In this document: piece by piece, positions 38,080 through 50,420 of the stretch
Layout: the number at the start of each line of letters is the position of its first letter
Numbering within the stretch: the first letter of the stretch is position 1
DNA from: Vicugna vicugna
Lineage: Eukaryota
NCBI GenBank assembly: GCA_013265495.1
Contig: MU059044.1
Coordinates: forward strand, 3,201,824-3,265,823
DNA length: 64,000 bases
Reading direction: 5' to 3'
Program-made: the position numbers and the translations under genes
The notes under the pieces: model-generated
Seen by the model: the letters and a program-made list of their open reading frames with translations, nothing else
Database searches by the model: none
What the model was told of the DNA's origin: nothing

Positions 38080-39494
38080 AGACCCACGGGATTTCCCTAG
38101 ACTCTGGGGGACTTTGTCTAGCATTAATTAAGTAGATTCAAACTGCGCAGGTTCAAGTCCCAGCTGTGGCCCTCAGTGTTCACATAATCTTTGGCAAGTT
38201 ACAAAACTCTGCTAGCCTCAATTTCCTCATTTATAATATAAATGCAATAATATGCACCTAAAAGGATTATTGTGAGCGTTTAACACAATAACGTCTATAA
38301 ATGTTCATCTCACAGGGAAGAGATAATTTCCTCTTCCGTTCCATTAGGAATCGGCTAACACTGATTCTTCCCTGTGACCCAAATAAGAAAATAAACCCAA
38401 ATGAGAAAGAACACATAGGGAATTTCTGTCAAATAGGTTTCAGAGATGAAAAAGTGAGTAAAAACTGACTTTGAATTTGTCTTTAAGCTCAGTGAATAGA
38501 TTAGTCATGATTAATCCAGACACTAATTTGCCTAAGCCGACTTGAAAATTGTGAAAAATGTCTTCTTTCTCATTGACCCTAAACTCCAGTCTTGGGCACA
38601 TCCATCCCAGGTTCTTTTCATGTATATAAATGGTGCTGAAATTGTACGAACTGCGATAACTCACCTTGCTTATAGCCTTTGAATTCCTGTACAAGCTGCT
38701 TTTGAAGTCCTAAAGTGTGCATCCACCTGACCTGAAGAAGTGCCAGTTTGAAGATAACTTTGAATTAATCTAGTTGCCCTTCAGAGACACTCAAAACGAA
38801 CACCTGCTACAGCCTCACCTAAGCGAACGTCCATTTACAAACATTCCGTTTGAAATTTACCCATCTGGGCAGCCAGTTTCTCACTGGTAAAATGCGGAGT
38901 TTGGATTATCAGAGGTTCTTAATGAAAAAATATATACATGAAATGGAAAGACGATTTGGGAGTTTATCAGTATTTTCAGGGTGGGTATGCTTTCTTCAAA
39001 CAGTGCAAGCCTCCTGGAGATTCTGAGAGTTGCTTTCCCGGAAAAGGGAAAGAAGAGGAAAATGCAGTAACTCTCCCTCCCCTGCTCCCATTACTGAGAA
39101 GCCCAGAAACGTGCAGTGAAGGCTATTCGTGGAGGAGGATAAAGAGGATGGGGGAAGAGGAAATGCTAAGAACTATTGGGTTACAGCATTTCTGAGCACT
39201 TTGGTAAACCCTTGGAAGTGAGGCAGTTGGAAGAGCACAAGTTTAGATGCTGGAGAGGTGATAACAAACCCCAATTATATCTTTTGTTAGTGAGAATAAA
39301 AGGTTGTTCCAGGCTTAGCCTTGATGTCTCCATCTGTAAAACGGGGATGATGATAACTACCTCTCAGAAGAGTAAGGGAGAGATCAAATGTAAAATCATA
39401 GTTAAGTGCTCAAAAATGTTAGATGCTTTTTCTCTAACAACCTGAATCTATGATTCAATGAGTAGTGGTCACAGGCATCCACATTTTCACAGTG

Positions 39495-39585
39495 TTAGGA
39501 AGAAATTTCTAATATTGGAGGTTTCCCAGTAATGGAATAGGCTGCTTCAGAGGATTCTGAGACCCCCCAACTCCTGTTGTCTCCT
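39495..39585 (+). mobile_element. L3/CR1 3' fragment
   Basis: aagaaatttctaat...cagtaatggaataggctgcttcagagg resembles the CR1/L3 3' end. Confidence 0.45.
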
Positions 39586-40289
39586 GCAATTGCTGGAAAT
39601 AGTCAGACATAGTCACAATAATCTGCTTTTATGGTCATTTTAAAAGATGATGAGATAGGAAGTTGGATTAAATATTGTTTAAGCTCGAAGACATTAAGAT
39701 TCTTTAAAAGTCACTTCTAATTTTTAAAATTCCCTAATGGATAAGCTGGATGCTTCTAAAGACATCAAGGTTATTCACAGGAGTTCACAGTGAGAACATC
39801 CCAGTGACCCAGAGAAAGAAGATCCCCAAATATGAGCTCAATCAAGGGAGGAAAGTTCTACTGGCATTATCTAACCTCAGGGGTGTCTGCTTCCTTGAGA
39901 CCATCGAATTAATTGCTCTAAGTATGTCAAAATGGAAATTACTCAGTGTCACAACTGCAAACTAAAAAAAAAAATGGACAGAAAAAAGTATTGAACAAAA
40001 CGGTAGCTCACTGACATGACCCCAAAACAAACAGTTTCACTTCTTCCCCTCTGTGAACTGACTTGAATTAACTTCAGTGTTTATCAGAGGGAGGGCAAAA
40101 TAAGCCAAAGCGCCTTACAGGCTGCTGTTACCTCCTCTTCTTAGAGAGAAAGCAAGGTTTCAATTTCCTCACCTCTACAATAGGGGCAAACTAGAAAAAC
40201 CATGTAGAGCTGTTGTAAGAATAATTAAGATCCATTTTTCAAATTGTGTGGGGTTTCTTTGATTTGTTTGTTTTTGTGTTTTGTTTTAT

Positions 40290-41035
40290 TTTTGCAAAAT
40301 GGTACAGCCACTTTGAGAGACAGTTTGACAGCTTCCTATGAAACTAAATGTACTCGTAACATACAGTCTATCAATTGCATGCCTTAGTATTGACCCAAAG
40401 GAGTACAAAAGTTGTGTGCATACAAAAAAACCTGTACAGGAATGTTTAAGCAGTTTTATTAGTAATTTCCAAAGTTTAGAAGCAATCACGATGTCCTTCA
40501 GTAGGTGAATGGATAAACTGTGATACGCTCAGGCAATGGAATATTACTTAGTGCTAAAAAANNNNNNNNNNNNNNNNNNNNNNNNNNNNNNNNNNNNNNN
40601 NNNNNNNNNNNNNNNNNNNNNNNNNNNNNNNNNNNNNNNNNNNNNNNNNNNNNNNNNNNNNNNNNNNNNNNNNNNNNNNNNNNNNNNNNNNNNNNNNNNN
40701 NNNNNNNNNNNNTGGCTAGGATGGTGGAGGAATGAACAGGTGAGGCACAGAGGATTTTTAGGGCAGTGAAAACACTCTGTACGAAACTATAATGATGGAT
40801 CTGAGTCGCTACGAATTTGTCCAAGTCCACAGAAGGCACAACAGGAGTGAACCCCAAGGTAGACTATGGACTCGGGTTAATTATGCTGTGTCAAGGTGGG
40901 CTCACCAGCTGTAACAAACACACCGCTCTGGAGGGGGGTTGATATTGGGGGAAGCTGTGTGTGGGAGCAGAGACAGTATGAGAAACCTGTCTGCTTTCCT
41001 TTCAATTTGCTGAGAACCTAAATTTGCTCTAAAAA
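40290..41035 (+). mobile_element. L1MB-type 3' end with internal N-run
   Basis: aaatggtacagccactttg...ggataaactgtg...gaggatttttagggcagtgaaa...gaacctaaatttgctctaaaaa. Confidence 0.85.
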
Positions 41036-42179
41036 ATCTTTTTAAAAATGTGTTTCTTGAGTCACTACAGTTCTCCTTTTGAAGAGGTTATAAAGAAACC
41101 AAACAGATAGTCTGGGACCACTCACGCCACAATGTCCAGAGTGGCCCCATATTGACTCCAAGTTTTTAAGGTTTGAAAACCCTTAAACCCTTTCATTTAT
41201 TCACTCAGCCACTCTTTCATGTATACTTTGTTTTGCTGTCTGCCAGGCACCGTCCTAGACCCTAGGGATACACAGTGATCAAGATAGACCAAGTCCTGGC
41301 CTTCAAGGGGTCATATTCTAACAGGATAATGCTTACAGGACTGAGGGGAAAATGGTTATTATTGTACTAGAGGACTGACTCTATGAAAACCAACAAGTTT
41401 GGCTGCCACTTGGAGAACGTGTGAAATCTGAGTCTGGAAGCCAAATCACTATGTCAGATTCCTCAAGAATTTGTACCCATCTGGCCAAAAATGCTTTTGC
41501 TTTGGGGAAAGGGAGTTGCCAAATGGCAAGATGGGTTCCATTGGATAATCCAGGCATCCTTCCCTGAGTTGGGGCAAGAAGCCCACTGCTCAAACTAACT
41601 TGCCAAACAGCCTCTTTGTAATATGAAAAACTCACCACTCTCCACTATTTAATCATACGGCTGCCTACTCTGCAGTCAAAGGCTGTCTATGGATTGCCTT
41701 GGGGCAGTTTTTCCTAAGCATAGGTCATTTCTATACCACTTTCGAGATATTTTTCCCTCTTTTTTGCCATATCCAAATACCTTTAATATTATTATTTACT
41801 CACTATATAGGTTTATGTCTGCTCACATCATACTCAGATTTACTTAAACAGGAATCTCTGTTAATACAAAACCAGAACCACCTTCCACAAACCAGCAGTT
41901 ATATATAGGGAATAAACACTACTTAGGCACAATAATGTTATTAAGCTCTAAAGTGCTGTTTGCTAAAGATTTTGAGCCTGAGGCCTGCTATATCTTTGTT
42001 AAAATGTACTATAGCAAGGGTTAGAATGCTGCTGAAGATACGCTGACACCTAACTGGGACTTTCTGCTTGCCTTAATCAGAAATATGGACATTGAAAAAC
42101 AACTAACTGTCTCAATTTGTCGCTCAATGTTATTTAATTCCGTGGCTGCCCAGCACCTAAATACATCTCAGGCACCAGC

Positions 42180-42478
42180 CGTGGACCCAAAATAAATAGA
42201 CTGCCAGATATTTCTCCAGCAAACGTGGGCTTATTCAGAATCAGCAGGGAATTGCAATTCAGGGTCTGCAACCACAGTGAGCCATGTGCAAGTCCCCGCA
42301 TGGCAAGGGAAAAATACTTTTAAAGAAGAGGAAGCTGAGAGGGCCACAGTAAACAAGGACTCTGGCTTTTCATTGGTGAGTCCTTGTCTGGAAAGAAGAG
42401 GAGTCTTCCTGCTCAGCTCTGCTGTCATCGCAGGGTGTGAGAGCACCCCCTTCAGGTCTCCTGACTCTATTTAGTTGA
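42180..42478 (-). mobile_element. ERV1 LTR (MER67-like)
   Basis: atttctccagcaaac...gggaattgcaattcagggtctgcaacc...gcttttcattggtgagtcc...gactctatttagttga. Confidence 0.6.
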
Positions 42479-44127
42479 GTCTTCTTTGTATTCATTTTTT
42501 TATACACCTAAACTCATTTCAAGTCCCAGCAGTGTTGAGTGCCCCACTTTGGGAAAGACATTTCGAGAGAGCTTGCTTTTTTGTAGACCTTAAATTACAC
42601 TCTGTGACACCTCAGTTCTAGGAGACAAGCCCTAGATATGATTCCAGGAGGGCTGGCTGTCGCTGGATGCCTGATGATTTCCTAGGGTGAGAGGGACAGC
42701 TGGGACACATGTCTCCCACCATTCAGCCGATTAGTCTGAATGTCTTTATATGGTGGCTAAGTCCCAAAAGCAGCAAGAAAAAGAGAGTAAGCACTAAATG
42801 TGAAAGTGATCTTCACTCCTTTGCTACCATTTTATTGGCTCAAACCAACTGAGTCACATGCAAGCCCAGCGTCAATGGAGGAAATGACTTGTGGTATAAA
42901 GCCTTGCATGGTTTGGGGACATGCTCACCTCTCTGGTTTTTATGTTTAGCTGGACTCCCCCAATTCACCTCACCAACCTCCTTCCTCTAGGCTTCTATCT
43001 ACCTCACTCCAACCCTATCTTATGATCTAGACTTACGGAATTAATTGCATTCCTTATTGTCTCCATGTTTCTTTGCACCTCCGGCCCTTTGCACATGCTA
43101 TTTCCCAAGCCCCAGACACTTTTTTTTTTTTAACTACCACCATCCCTCCTCTGTTTCTTGTGGCCAGCTACTGGTCATCCTTCAGCTTTAAATGCAACTT
43201 CCTACTGAAAGCTTTCTGCCAATCCTCTGAGACTGTGTAAACTTTTCCAAAAATGTGATTCCATGGCACCCAGCTTCTGCCCTGTTATATAACATAAGAA
43301 ATTTGTCTGTTTGCTTACTTGCATCCCCCACCAGCCTATGGGCTTTACAAGGATGGAAACCATGCAGATTGGATAAGGACAGAGTTCTTTTTCTGTGAAC
43401 ATGGCCCATCAAATTTGTTTTCTCTAACCTTCCTGAGGAAGGAGTTCTCTAGAATAGAAGAAACTGGTCTGTTTCCTTTTTGCATTATGATGGTGTGAGA
43501 GCAGGAAAGCTCAGAACATTGAGACATGGCATTTTTCCATCCTTGCTGAACTCATGTTTGGTTAATGCGTTAATAATTGGCTTCCTGAATTTGACCTGTT
43601 CTCCTCAGGAAACAGTTTACCTACCATACACAGTTACTCTAACATGCTCCCTGGGGATGTTCCTCGGATGGAGAAGAGAAGATTCAACTGTTAAGATGTT
43701 AAGATTTTTTTCACCTTTTAAAGCTCTTATATTTGTAGACATAAATGGGGAAAAATTGACCCACAGGGTACAACAACAAAGAGCAAGACTAGAATTTAAC
43801 AGCTCACAGCCTGACGTCAACAGCGTCCTCAGTACGCCTGCTTACAGGACACGTGCTGTGGGCAAACCCCAGCAGCACCTTGGTGAGTGAGCTTGTCTGA
43901 CCTCCAAGGGTTAGAAGGACATCTGGCTTTTGATCAGACGGAACCCCTCACACACACACCATCCCACCACCATAAACATCAGTGTGGAAACAACAGAAAC
44001 GTTCTCAAATTAGTCATCTAAGAAGAAACATCTAAAAACCCATCCCCCCACACCCAGTGGTCATTAAATTTGGATGCCACATCTTGTCCACAATGTACAA
44101 ACACAGCCGTATGCACAGAAGACTCAA

Positions 44128-46592
44128 NNNNNNNNNNNNNNNNNNNNNNNNNNNNNNNNNNNNNNNNNNNNNNNNNNNNNNNNNNNNNNNNNNNNNNNNN
44201 NNNNNNNNNNNNNNNNNNNNNNNNNNNNNNNNNNNNNNNNNNNNNNNNNNNNNNNNNNNNNNNNNNNNNNNNNNNNNNNNNNNNNNNNNNNNNNNNNNNN
44301 NNNNNNNNNNNNNNNNNNNNNNNNNNNNNNNNNNNNNNNNNNNNNNNNNNNNNNNNNNNNNNNNNNNNNNNNNNNNNNNNNNNNNNNNNNNNACGGTGAA
44401 AAACTCAAANNNNNNNNNNNNNNNNNNNNNNNNNNNNNNNNNNNNNNNNNNNNNNNNNNNNNNNNNNNNNNNNNNNNNNNNNNNNNNNNNNNNNNNNNNN
44501 NNNNNNNNNNNNNNNNNNNNNNNNNNNNNNNNNNNNNNNNNNNNNNNNNNNNNNCATTATATGCTGACGACATGTTACTATATATAGAAAACCCTAAAAG
44601 GTCCACAAAAAAGCTACTAGAGCTGATCGAAGAATTCAGCAAGGTAGCAGGTTACAAAATTAATGTTCAAAAATCAGTTGCCTTTCTTTACACTAACGAT
44701 AAATCAACAGAAAAAGAAAGTAAAGAAACAATCCCCTTTAAAATAGCACCCAAAGTAATAAAATATCTGGGAATAAATCTAACCAAGGAGGTGAAAGAAT
44801 TATACACNNNNNNNNNNNNNNNNNNNNNNNNNNNNNNNNNNNNNNNNNNNNNNNNNNNNNNNNNNNNNNNNNNNNNNNNNNNNNNNNNNNNNNNNNNNNN
44901 NNNNNNNNNNNNNNNNNNNNNNNNNNNNNNNNNNNNNNNNNNNNNNNNNNNNNNNNNNNNNNNNNNATATTTCACAGAACTAGAACAAATCATAATAAAA
45001 TTTATATGGAACCATCAAAGACCTAGAATTGCTAAAGCATTACTGAAGAGAAAGAAAGAGGCTGGAGGAATAACTCTCCCAGACTTCAGACAATACTATA
45101 GAGCTACAGTCATCAAGACAGCATGGTATTGGTACCAAAACAGACATATAGACCAATGGAACAGAATAGAGAGCCCAGAAATGAACCCACAAACTTTTGG
45201 TCAACTCATCTTCGACAAAGGAGGCAAGAATATACAATGGAATAAAGACAGTCTCTTCAGCAAATGGTGTTGGGAAAACTGGACAGCAGCATGTAAAACA
45301 ATGAAGCTAGAACACACCCTTACACCATATACAAAAATCAACTCAAAATGGATTAAAGACTTAAACATAAGACAAGATACAATAAACCTCCTAGAGGAAA
45401 ACATAGGCAAAACATTATCTGACATACATTTCAAAAATTTTCTCCTAGAAGAAATAAAAGCAAGAATAAACAAATGGGACCTAATGAAACTTACAAGCTT
45501 CTGCAGAGCAAAGGAAACCAGAAATAAAACAAGAAGAAAACCTACGGAATGGGAGAAAATTTTTGCAAGTGAAACCGACAAAGGCTTGATCTCCAAAATA
45601 TATAAGCAGCTCATACGACTCAATAAGAAAAAAATAAACAACCCAATCCAAAAATGGGCAGAAGNNNNNNNNNNNNNNNNNNNNNNNNNNNNNNNNNNNN
45701 NNNNNNNNNNNNNNNNNNNNNNNNNNNNNNNNNNNNNNNNNNNNNNNNNNNNNNNNNNNNNNNNNNNNNNNNNNNNNNNNNNNNNNNNNNNNNNNNNNNN
45801 NNNNNNNNNNNNNNNNNNNNNNNNNNNNNNNNNNNNNNNNNNNNNNNNNNNNNNNNNNNNNNNNNNNNNNNNNNNNNNNNNNNNNNNNNNNNNNNNNNNN
45901 NNNNNNNNNNNNNNNNNNNNNNNNNNNNNNNNNNNNNNNNNCTTACCATATGACCCAGGAATCCCACTCCTGGGCTTGTACCCAGAAGGAAATCTACTTC
46001 AGGANNNNNNNNNNNNNNNNNNNNNNNNNNNNNNNNNNNNNNNNNNNNNNNNNNNNNNNNNNNNNNNNNNNNNNNNNNNNNNNNNNNNNNNNNNNNNNNN
46101 NNNNNNNNNNNNNNNNNNNNNNNNNNNNNNNNNNNNNNNNNNNNNNNNNNNNNNNNNNNNNNNNNNNNNNNNNNNNNNNNNNNNNNNNNNNNNCATTCTA
46201 AGTGAAGTAAGCCAGAAAGAGAAAGAAAAATACCATATGAGATCACTCATATGTGGAATCTAAAAAACAAAAACAAACAAACAAACAAAAACAAAGCATA
46301 AATACAGGACAGAAATGGACTCATGGACAGAGAATACAGACTTGTGGTTACCGGGGGGGGGGCGGGGTAGAGGGTGGGAAGGGATAGACTGGGATTTCAA
46401 AACTGTAGAACAGATAAACAAGATTACACTGTATAGCACAGGGAAATATACACAAAATGTTATGATAAATCACAGAGAAAAAAATGTGACAATGAGTGTG
46501 TATATGTCCATGTATGACTGAAAAATTGTACTGAACACTGGAATTTGACACAACACTGTAAAATGATTATGAATCAATAAAAATGTAAAAAA
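44128..46592 (+). mobile_element. Young, 5'-truncated lineage-specific L1
   Basis: ORF2 RT and C-terminal region, stop at 46261-46263, 3' UTR with (AAAC)n and G-run, polyA signal and A-tail ~46576-46592; 5' junction hidden in N-run. Confidence 0.95.
44393..46263 (+). CDS. Partial L1 ORF2p (reverse transcriptase with YADD motif, plus C-terminal region); 5'-truncated, no own start
   Basis: All visible segments are in one stop-free frame: [60 protein letters not shown]. Confidence 0.85.
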
Positions 46593-47099
46593 AAATAATC
46601 ATATTATAAATAAATTGATGATGTTGGCCTACGGAAATATAAAGTCTATATTCAGGCCTGTGTTCAAGGGCGTAAAATTATGAACATAAGGCATATCTTC
46701 TAGATGGTGCTGAACAAGTCTCTGTTGAATGAATAAATGAAGCTGAGGCCCTAGAGAAGGCCATAATTTCCAACAGACTCAGTAATCTCAGGAGTCAGCC
46801 TCTTCTTGACATTCCTTCTAAAGTAAATGTTAATTATCCTTGAAATCTGACCCAACACTTTGTCTCTGATTTTTCTCGAATATGTGAACAGAAGAAAAAA
46901 TAACGGGAAGGTCACCTGGGGAAATAAATTCTATGACGGTAGGCTTTCAGAGAGAGATTTGATTCATGCTGGAACATCCAAGATGGAAACTTAATATGTT
47001 GCAATGGAAGAATCATGGCAATGCCTCTGGACAGCCACATGAGTCCTACCTGTTGCTTCTCACTCCCAACTGCTATCTTGGGAAGATGCAAGGCCATTA

Positions 47100-47742
47100 T
47101 GTTAGAGCAGGCAGACAGCTAGATATGAGCAGAGAAAGGGACACAGACCAAATGGCAGGAACTGGGCAGAAAGGAGGGGCACGGGCCAAATGCAGGAAAA
47201 CATACATCATGTAAACACCAGGGGTCCCTGGGCAGAGAAAGAAAAGCAGGCACCTTTGGGATAATAAGGGTCCACACCTTTTGGCCTGGAGACCAACAAA
47301 GAAAGATCAGAAAAGGCAGAAATTTCCAGTGTCCAAATGTAACCTTTTGCTCATTATGCCCTCATTTCAATAAAATTAGCCTTACAGGTCAGAAGTACCC
47401 ATCATGCACCGATGCCGTGACACTTCTGATCCAGAATATATAAGGACAAAAATCCCTCCTTCCTTTGGGAAGGTGGAGTTGGGATGACAATCAGGAAATA
47501 CGACCCCAAGCCCTTCCCACCTCAATGAATGTTCCGCCCATTCATTTTCACACTCTATATAACTAACCTGCCAAAGAAACAGGGCAGCCGCTCGCCTGAG
47601 CCTGCCCAGTCTCCCTTTGAGAGTGTACTATCCATCCTTTAATAAATCCTCACTTTACTTTTCTTAACCTCTACGTCTTGTCTCTGAATTCTTTCTGGGA
47701 TGGGACAAGAACCTGGAACACGGGTTGGATCCACCAGCAACA
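47100..47742 (+). mobile_element. ERV1-class solo LTR, well preserved
   Basis: TGTTAG...GCAACA termini, perfect 4-bp TSD ATTA (47096-47099 and 47743-47746), TATATAA ~47556, AATAAA 47641; no PBS follows. Confidence 0.9.
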
Positions 47743-47849
47743 ATTAGAACATCAAGGCTGGGTCTGAAAAGAAGCTAACTTGGCTCTGTGCCTTCTTCCG
47801 CCTCATAAAGCTGCAAATGCATCTCAGGGTGACTACGAGGACAGCACAT

Positions 47850-48060
47850 GGCATAGAGAAAGTTCTGTGTTGCAGGCTGATGAACCTGGGTTCAAATTCA
47901 GACTCTCCAGATAACAAACTCTAGGAACTGCATACATCATTTCCCCTTCTCAGGTCTTAGTTTTCTCATCTGTAAATACCTACAATAATGCCTCAGGTTG
48001 TGGCAAGCCGTGAAAGAGAAAATGACTTGCAATGAGCAGGGCTACATGGTAAAAGCTGTC
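47850..48060 (+). mobile_element. MIR SINE
   Basis: aacctgggttcaaattcagactct...ttagttttctcatctgtaaa. Confidence 0.7.
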
Positions 48061-49288
48061 ATTGTCATTACTGTAAAGACAGAACTCTTGGCTACAGGAA
48101 CTTAGAATCGAATCAGGAAGATCGATCCGTGTTTGAAGCTGGAATTTATGGAAATCCACACTCCTAATCCATCTGTTCCTTGAGTGACTTTCAGTTGTTG
48201 TTTGTCCACTTAGTAAATATTTATTGAGCCCCTACAATTGGCCAGACAGTTGGCACAGAGGGGATATCATGGCAGGAAGAAGAGAGACAATCACTCTTCT
48301 CATGGACCTTCTAAGCAGGGAACCTGCAGACACACGCAAACTGGGTGTTAAGAGCTTCTTAAAACAAATTCCATTTGATCGCCTCCTATCTTATGCTTGA
48401 GTGCTATGATCGCTAGAGTTGTTCTAACTGCCTGATCTTTGAAGCCATAGGAATTGGCAACAACTGGGCAAACTACTTGGCTTTTTTTTTTTCTGGTGTG
48501 CCGATTTGATATACGAGCCAAGGGGGAGGTTAAAATACTCCTGGCCATGGAAGGGATATGAAAAGACTGGGTATGGAAGGACGACAAGGCTCAGGGATTA
48601 CAAGGATTGCCAGTCTGAACATTTTCATCAACATTAAGAATTCAGTTCAGAAGAAAGAGCTCCTATGCTTTTCCCTGGACAGGCTCTTTAGACTAAAATT
48701 TTAGGAAGGAAGCCTTTGTAGAGGTAGGTACAGGACAATGTGGCCTCTTTCTCTGAAGTCAAGACTAATAGAAAAAAAAATTGGTGACTCCTTCAGGAAT
48801 GCACACAAAGCTGAAGTCACCATCTTAGTGAGAAAGTCATGAAGGACCCTGAGGAAAAGAAAAATGCGAGAGCTTGTGAAAATCAGAGCCTTTTTTTTTT
48901 CATTTGCTTTTTCATACAAATCAGAAGTGAAAACTCCTTTTTAAAAACAGAGTGAAAAGAAGGGACTGTTTCTTTGAGAGAAGCTGAGAAAGGAAGGTGT
49001 GAGTTGATTCTATTCCACTCTGCAGCCAAGCAAAAGCCTGGGTGGGGTCTGCTGCAAAGGAGACATACCTACAGGGGCTCTGCTCATGGCAGAGTGGGCA
49101 GGATTAGCTGTTTGGATGCTGATCTGGACCAACGAAGGCAGCCTGGGGCTGAGCCTCAGAAAGACCAAGGAGGGTTCACTGAATGAGGATTTTGGTTATA
49201 AAACCAGAGAAAGCCACCCCCTCGTAGAGTGACTCCCTCGTTTCACAGACGGAAAAGCTGAAACGCAGGAAGGAGGGTCAGTTTCCAC

Positions 49289-49769
49289 TGACAAAGACTC
49301 TCCTTGACTCAACTTTAGTCAGTCGGAGCTGCCTTCTTGAAAAAGCTTCGACCTTGGCCCCCATCCTGTCTTAAAACATGTCTACATAGCCCAGGTTTAG
49401 CAAGAATCCTGCTAAGTCAGTTTGTCAAGGACCCTCTAACCTTGATGAGCTGGTCACCCTAGATAATCTGATCAAGTTCTTCATCCCTCACTTCTGATGT
49501 GTAAATCCTTGGCTGCCTTCAGCAAGAGTCCTGTTAAGTTGGTTTAGCAAGAATTTCCCTACTACTAGTGTCTCATCTTAGTAATTTTCCATCCTTTGGA
49601 CCCTTCACGCTGCTTATGGCTATAAATCCCCAGCTGTCTTTGCTGTGTTTGGTGTTGAGCTCAATCTCTTTCCCTTATTGCAACAGTCTTGACACCTATT
49701 GTGATAGTCCTGAGTAAAAATGTCTTCTGCACCATTTTAATAAGTGTCTGAATAAATTTTTCTTTAACA
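49289..49769 (+). mobile_element. ERV1 solo LTR (MER31-like)
   Basis: Starts tgacaaagactctccttgactcaactttagtcag, ends aataaatttttctttaaca; ctataaa and aataaa present; TSD not retained. Confidence 0.75.
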
Positions 49770-50059
49770 TGAACTCTAGTGACCCTGCAGAGTAAGAACC
49801 AGAGCCCATGACTCCAAACCGTGGGCTCTTTCCCCCAGACACTCAGGTTTATAGGTTCATACCACTCTGTCATAGCCTGACACAGGTCCCCTCCCTTGTG
49901 GATCACAGGCAAGCCTCATAGCAGGTCTTAACTACTTGCAAAATTTTCTGCTGCAATCCACTGTCTACAATGTGGGCAATGCAGTATTGCTAGAGCATGC
50001 GTGACCAGATAAACTGATGGCCCGAGAGCAGGCTCTGTGAAGACTGAGGTTGAGCAATC

Positions 50060-50420
50060 TCTGAGTTTACATGCTGGAGGGCTGGTGGCCGCATCTGGCC
50101 ACACCCTCAGATGTGTTTGACCCACTGAGTATTTTTAAAAGAAGAAATTCATTGGCACATGAACAATGAAAATCAAACTGGAGAGTTAGCTAAAAGTCTA
50201 AATTATTTGCCTTGAAAAACATGGAACATTTGGCCATACTGGGCCAGCATTTCCAAAAGGCAACAGTCCAATGGAGTGAGGGGGCTGTTGTACCCCTAGA
50301 TGAGGGGTGTACTCCCCAGTTTGTCCCAGCTCCCACCGTTCCCTATTGCTTTACACCCATCCCACTCCACTGAGTTATTTTAACTGCCTAATCTTTGAAA
50401 GCATGTGAGTTTGTAACAAC
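50060..50420 (-). mobile_element. hAT non-autonomous element (MER102-like)
   Basis: tggccgcatctggcc...ccagtttgtcccagctcccacc...aaagcatgtgagtttgtaacaactg. Confidence 0.5.

Noticed and set aside
15108-46250. ORFs containing long X stretches (e.g. 15108-15413, 21746-22138, 30602-30979, 31432-31728, 40498-40857, 45620-46246)
   Set aside because: They are open only because Ns cannot encode stops.
44074-46263. 729-aa ORF as a complete novel gene
   Set aside because: The N-terminus (MPHLVHNVQ...) is flanking DNA bridged through an N-run. The rest is 5'-truncated L1 ORF2.
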